Source: Squalus acanthias (taxonomy: Eukaryota). Taken from it: 64,000 nt of DNA. The notes below the pieces were generated by a model, which saw nothing but the letters and a program-made list of their open reading frames with translations, did not search any database and was not told the origin of the DNA. Below are positions 61,601-64,000 of this stretch, piece after piece. The stretch spans positions 151,468,001 to 151,532,000 of the forward strand of contig CM059431.1 of NCBI GenBank assembly GCA_030390025.1. Reading direction: 5' to 3'. A program made the position numbers and the translations under genes. Position 1 is the first letter of the stretch. The number at the start of each line of letters is the position of its first letter.

Positions 61601-64000
61601 CTGCCAGGTGTGTATTGGGTTTCACAGTTTATCAGGATCCTGCAACGTGTGTATGGGGTATAACAGTGCATCGGCATCCTGCCAGGTGTGTATGGGCTTT
61701 TCACAGAGTATCAGGATCCTGCCCGGGGTGTATGGGGTTTCACAGTTTATCAATGTCCTGCGAGGTATGTATCGAGTTTCACAGTATATCAGTATCCTGC
61801 CAAGTGTTTATTTGGTATCACAGTTTGTCAGGATGCTGCCAGGTGTGTATGGGATTTCACAGTGTATCAGGATCCTAACAGGTTTGTATGGGGTTTCACA
61901 GTGTATCAGGATTCTGCCAGGTGTGCTTGGGGTCTCGCAGTGTATCAGGATCTAGAAAGGTGTGTATTGGATATAAATAGTGTATCGAGATTCTGCCAGG
62001 TGCGTATGGTGTTTCACAATGTATAAGGAACCTGCTAGGTGTGTTTGGGGTTCTGCAGTGTATCACGTTCCTGCCAGATTTTTATGGGGTATCACAGTTT
62101 ATCCGGTACCTGCCAGGTCTGTGTGGGTTACACAGTGTATCAGGATCATGCCAGGAGTGTACGGATTTCAAAGTATATCAGGATCCTGCCAGGTATGTAT
62201 GGAGTTTCAGAATGTATCAGGATTCTTCCAGGTGTATTTGTGTTTTACACTGTATCAGGATCCTGCCAGGTGTGTTTGGGCTTTCGCAGTTTTTCAGGGT
62301 CCTGCAAGGTGTGTAAGGGGTTTCACCGTGTATCAGGATCCTGCCAGGTGTGTATGATATTTCACAGTGTATCAGGATACTGCCAGTTCTTTATTGGGTT
62401 TCACAGTGTATCAGGATCCTGCAGGGTGTGTATGGAGCTTCATAGTGTATCGGGATCCAGCCAGGGGCATATGGAATTTTCCCAAAATATTATGATACTG
62501 CCAGATATGTATGGGGTGTCACAGATTATTAATATCCTGTCAGTTGTGTATGCAGTTTGACAGTGTATCAGGATCCTGCTGGTTGTGTTTGGTGTTTCAC
62601 TGTGTATCAGGATCCTGCCAGGTGTCTATGAGGTTTCACAGTATGTCCGGATGCTGCCAGGTGTGAATGGAATTTCACAATGTATCAGGATCTAGCTAAG
62701 TGTGTATTTTATTTTCATAGTATATAAGGATCCTGCCAGATTTGTATGGGTTTGCACTATGTATCTGGATCGTGCCAGGTGAGTTTGGGGTTTCACAGTG
62801 TATCATGTTCCTGCAAAGATTGTATGGGTTTTCTCAGAGTATCACGAACCTGCTAGGTCTGCTCAGGCTTTTACAATGTATAAGGATCCTGACAAGTGTG
62901 TATTGGGTTTCACAGTGTATCAGGATCCTGCTATGTGTGAATGGCGTTTCACAGTGTAGCAGTATCCTGCCAGGTGTGTATGGGGTTTCACAGTTTATCA
63001 GGATCATGCCAGGAGTGTACGGATTTCAAAGTATATCAGGATCCTGCCAGGTATCTATGGAGTTTCAGAATGTATCAGGATTCTTCCAGTTGTGTTTGGG
63101 TTTCACACTGTATCAGGATCCTGCCAGGTGTGTTTGGGCTTTGCAGTTTTTCAGGGTCCTGGCAGGTGTGTAAGGGGTTTCACCGTGTAGCAGGATCCTG
63201 CCAGGTGTGTATGATGTTTCACAGTGTATCAGGATACTGCCAGATGTTTATTGGGTTTCACAGTGTATCAGGATCCTGCAGGGTGTGTATGGAGCTTCAT
63301 AGTGTATCGGGATCCTGCCAGGGGTATATGGATTTTTCACAAAATATTATGATACTGCCAGATATGTATATGGTGTCACAGATTATTAATATCCTGTGAG
63401 GTGTGTATGCAGTTTGACAGTGTATCAGGATCCTGCTGGTTGTGTTTGGTGTTTCACTGTGTATCAGGATCCTGCCAGGTGTCTATGAGGTTTCACAGTA
63501 TGTCCGGATGCTGCCAGGTGTGAATGGGGTTTCACAATGTATCAGGATCTAGCTAAGTGTGTATGGTATTTTCATAGTATATAAGGATCCTGCCAGATTT
63601 GTATGGGGTTGCACTATGTATCTGGATCGTGCCAGGTGAGTTTGGGGTTTCACAGTGTACCATGTTCCTGCCAAGATTGTATGGGGTTTCTCAGAGTATC
63701 ACGAACCTGCTAGTTGTGCTCAGGCTGTTACAATGTATAAGGATCCTGATAAGTGTGTACTGGGTTTCACAGTGTATCAGGATCCTGCAAGGATTGTATG
63801 GGGTATATCAGTGAATCGGATCCTGCCAGGTGTGTATGGGGATTTGTCTGTGTATCAGGATCATGCCAGAATCAGGATCTCACTGTTTATGGGGTTTATC
63901 AATATATCAGGACACTGCCAAGTGCTTATTTGGTTTCGCAGTGTATCAATATCCTGTCTGGTGTGTATGGGGTTTCAGAGTGTATCTGGATCCTGCCAAT
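58685..64000. repeat. 39-bp minisatellite (CAGTGTATCAGGATCCTGCCAGGTGTGTATGGGGTTTCA)n, >130 units, runs off the window end
   Basis: Direct tandem periodicity of 13 codons, with higher-order block duplications. Confidence 0.96.

Noticed and set aside
58825..63814. Many 13-aa repeat ORFs (GVSQCIRILPGVY etc.)
   Set aside because: Unit length is a multiple of three; frequent stops and frameshifts, and no frame is favoured.

Overview
Repeat-rich eukaryotic DNA, most likely from a cartilaginous fish (shark/ray). That inference rests on CR1 LINEs with (TTCTATG)n tails, HE1/V-SINE and Deu-domain SINEs, and shark-type GPR139-like and NACHT-LRR genes. There are three zones. (1) 1-~42.7 kb is a mosaic of direct and inverted segmental duplications. 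It holds one intact GPR139-like coding exon, a dead paralog ~21 kb downstream, and at least 13 decayed tRNA-Lys-like copies, several in a ~3.3-5 kb tandem unit. Paralogous copies expose filled and empty insertion sites for three CR1s and a TIR element. (2) ~43-46.3 kb is a Penelope-like (RT + GIY-YIG) element with a hammerhead-like motif, interrupted by an HE1 SINE and an L2-type LINE. (3) 47.1-58.2 kb (minus) is a multi-exon NACHT-LRR (NLR) pseudogene, with a 26-bp intronic array and a 39-bp array upstream running to the window end. I found no evidence for a novel protein system. The most interesting signals are the decayed tRNA-Lys macro-repeat with its unexplained TATA/hairpin module, the SINE-born minisatellite, the TIR element with an empty paralogous site, and the hammerhead-like motif. 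All alignments were done by eye, so boundaries are approximate unless stated.
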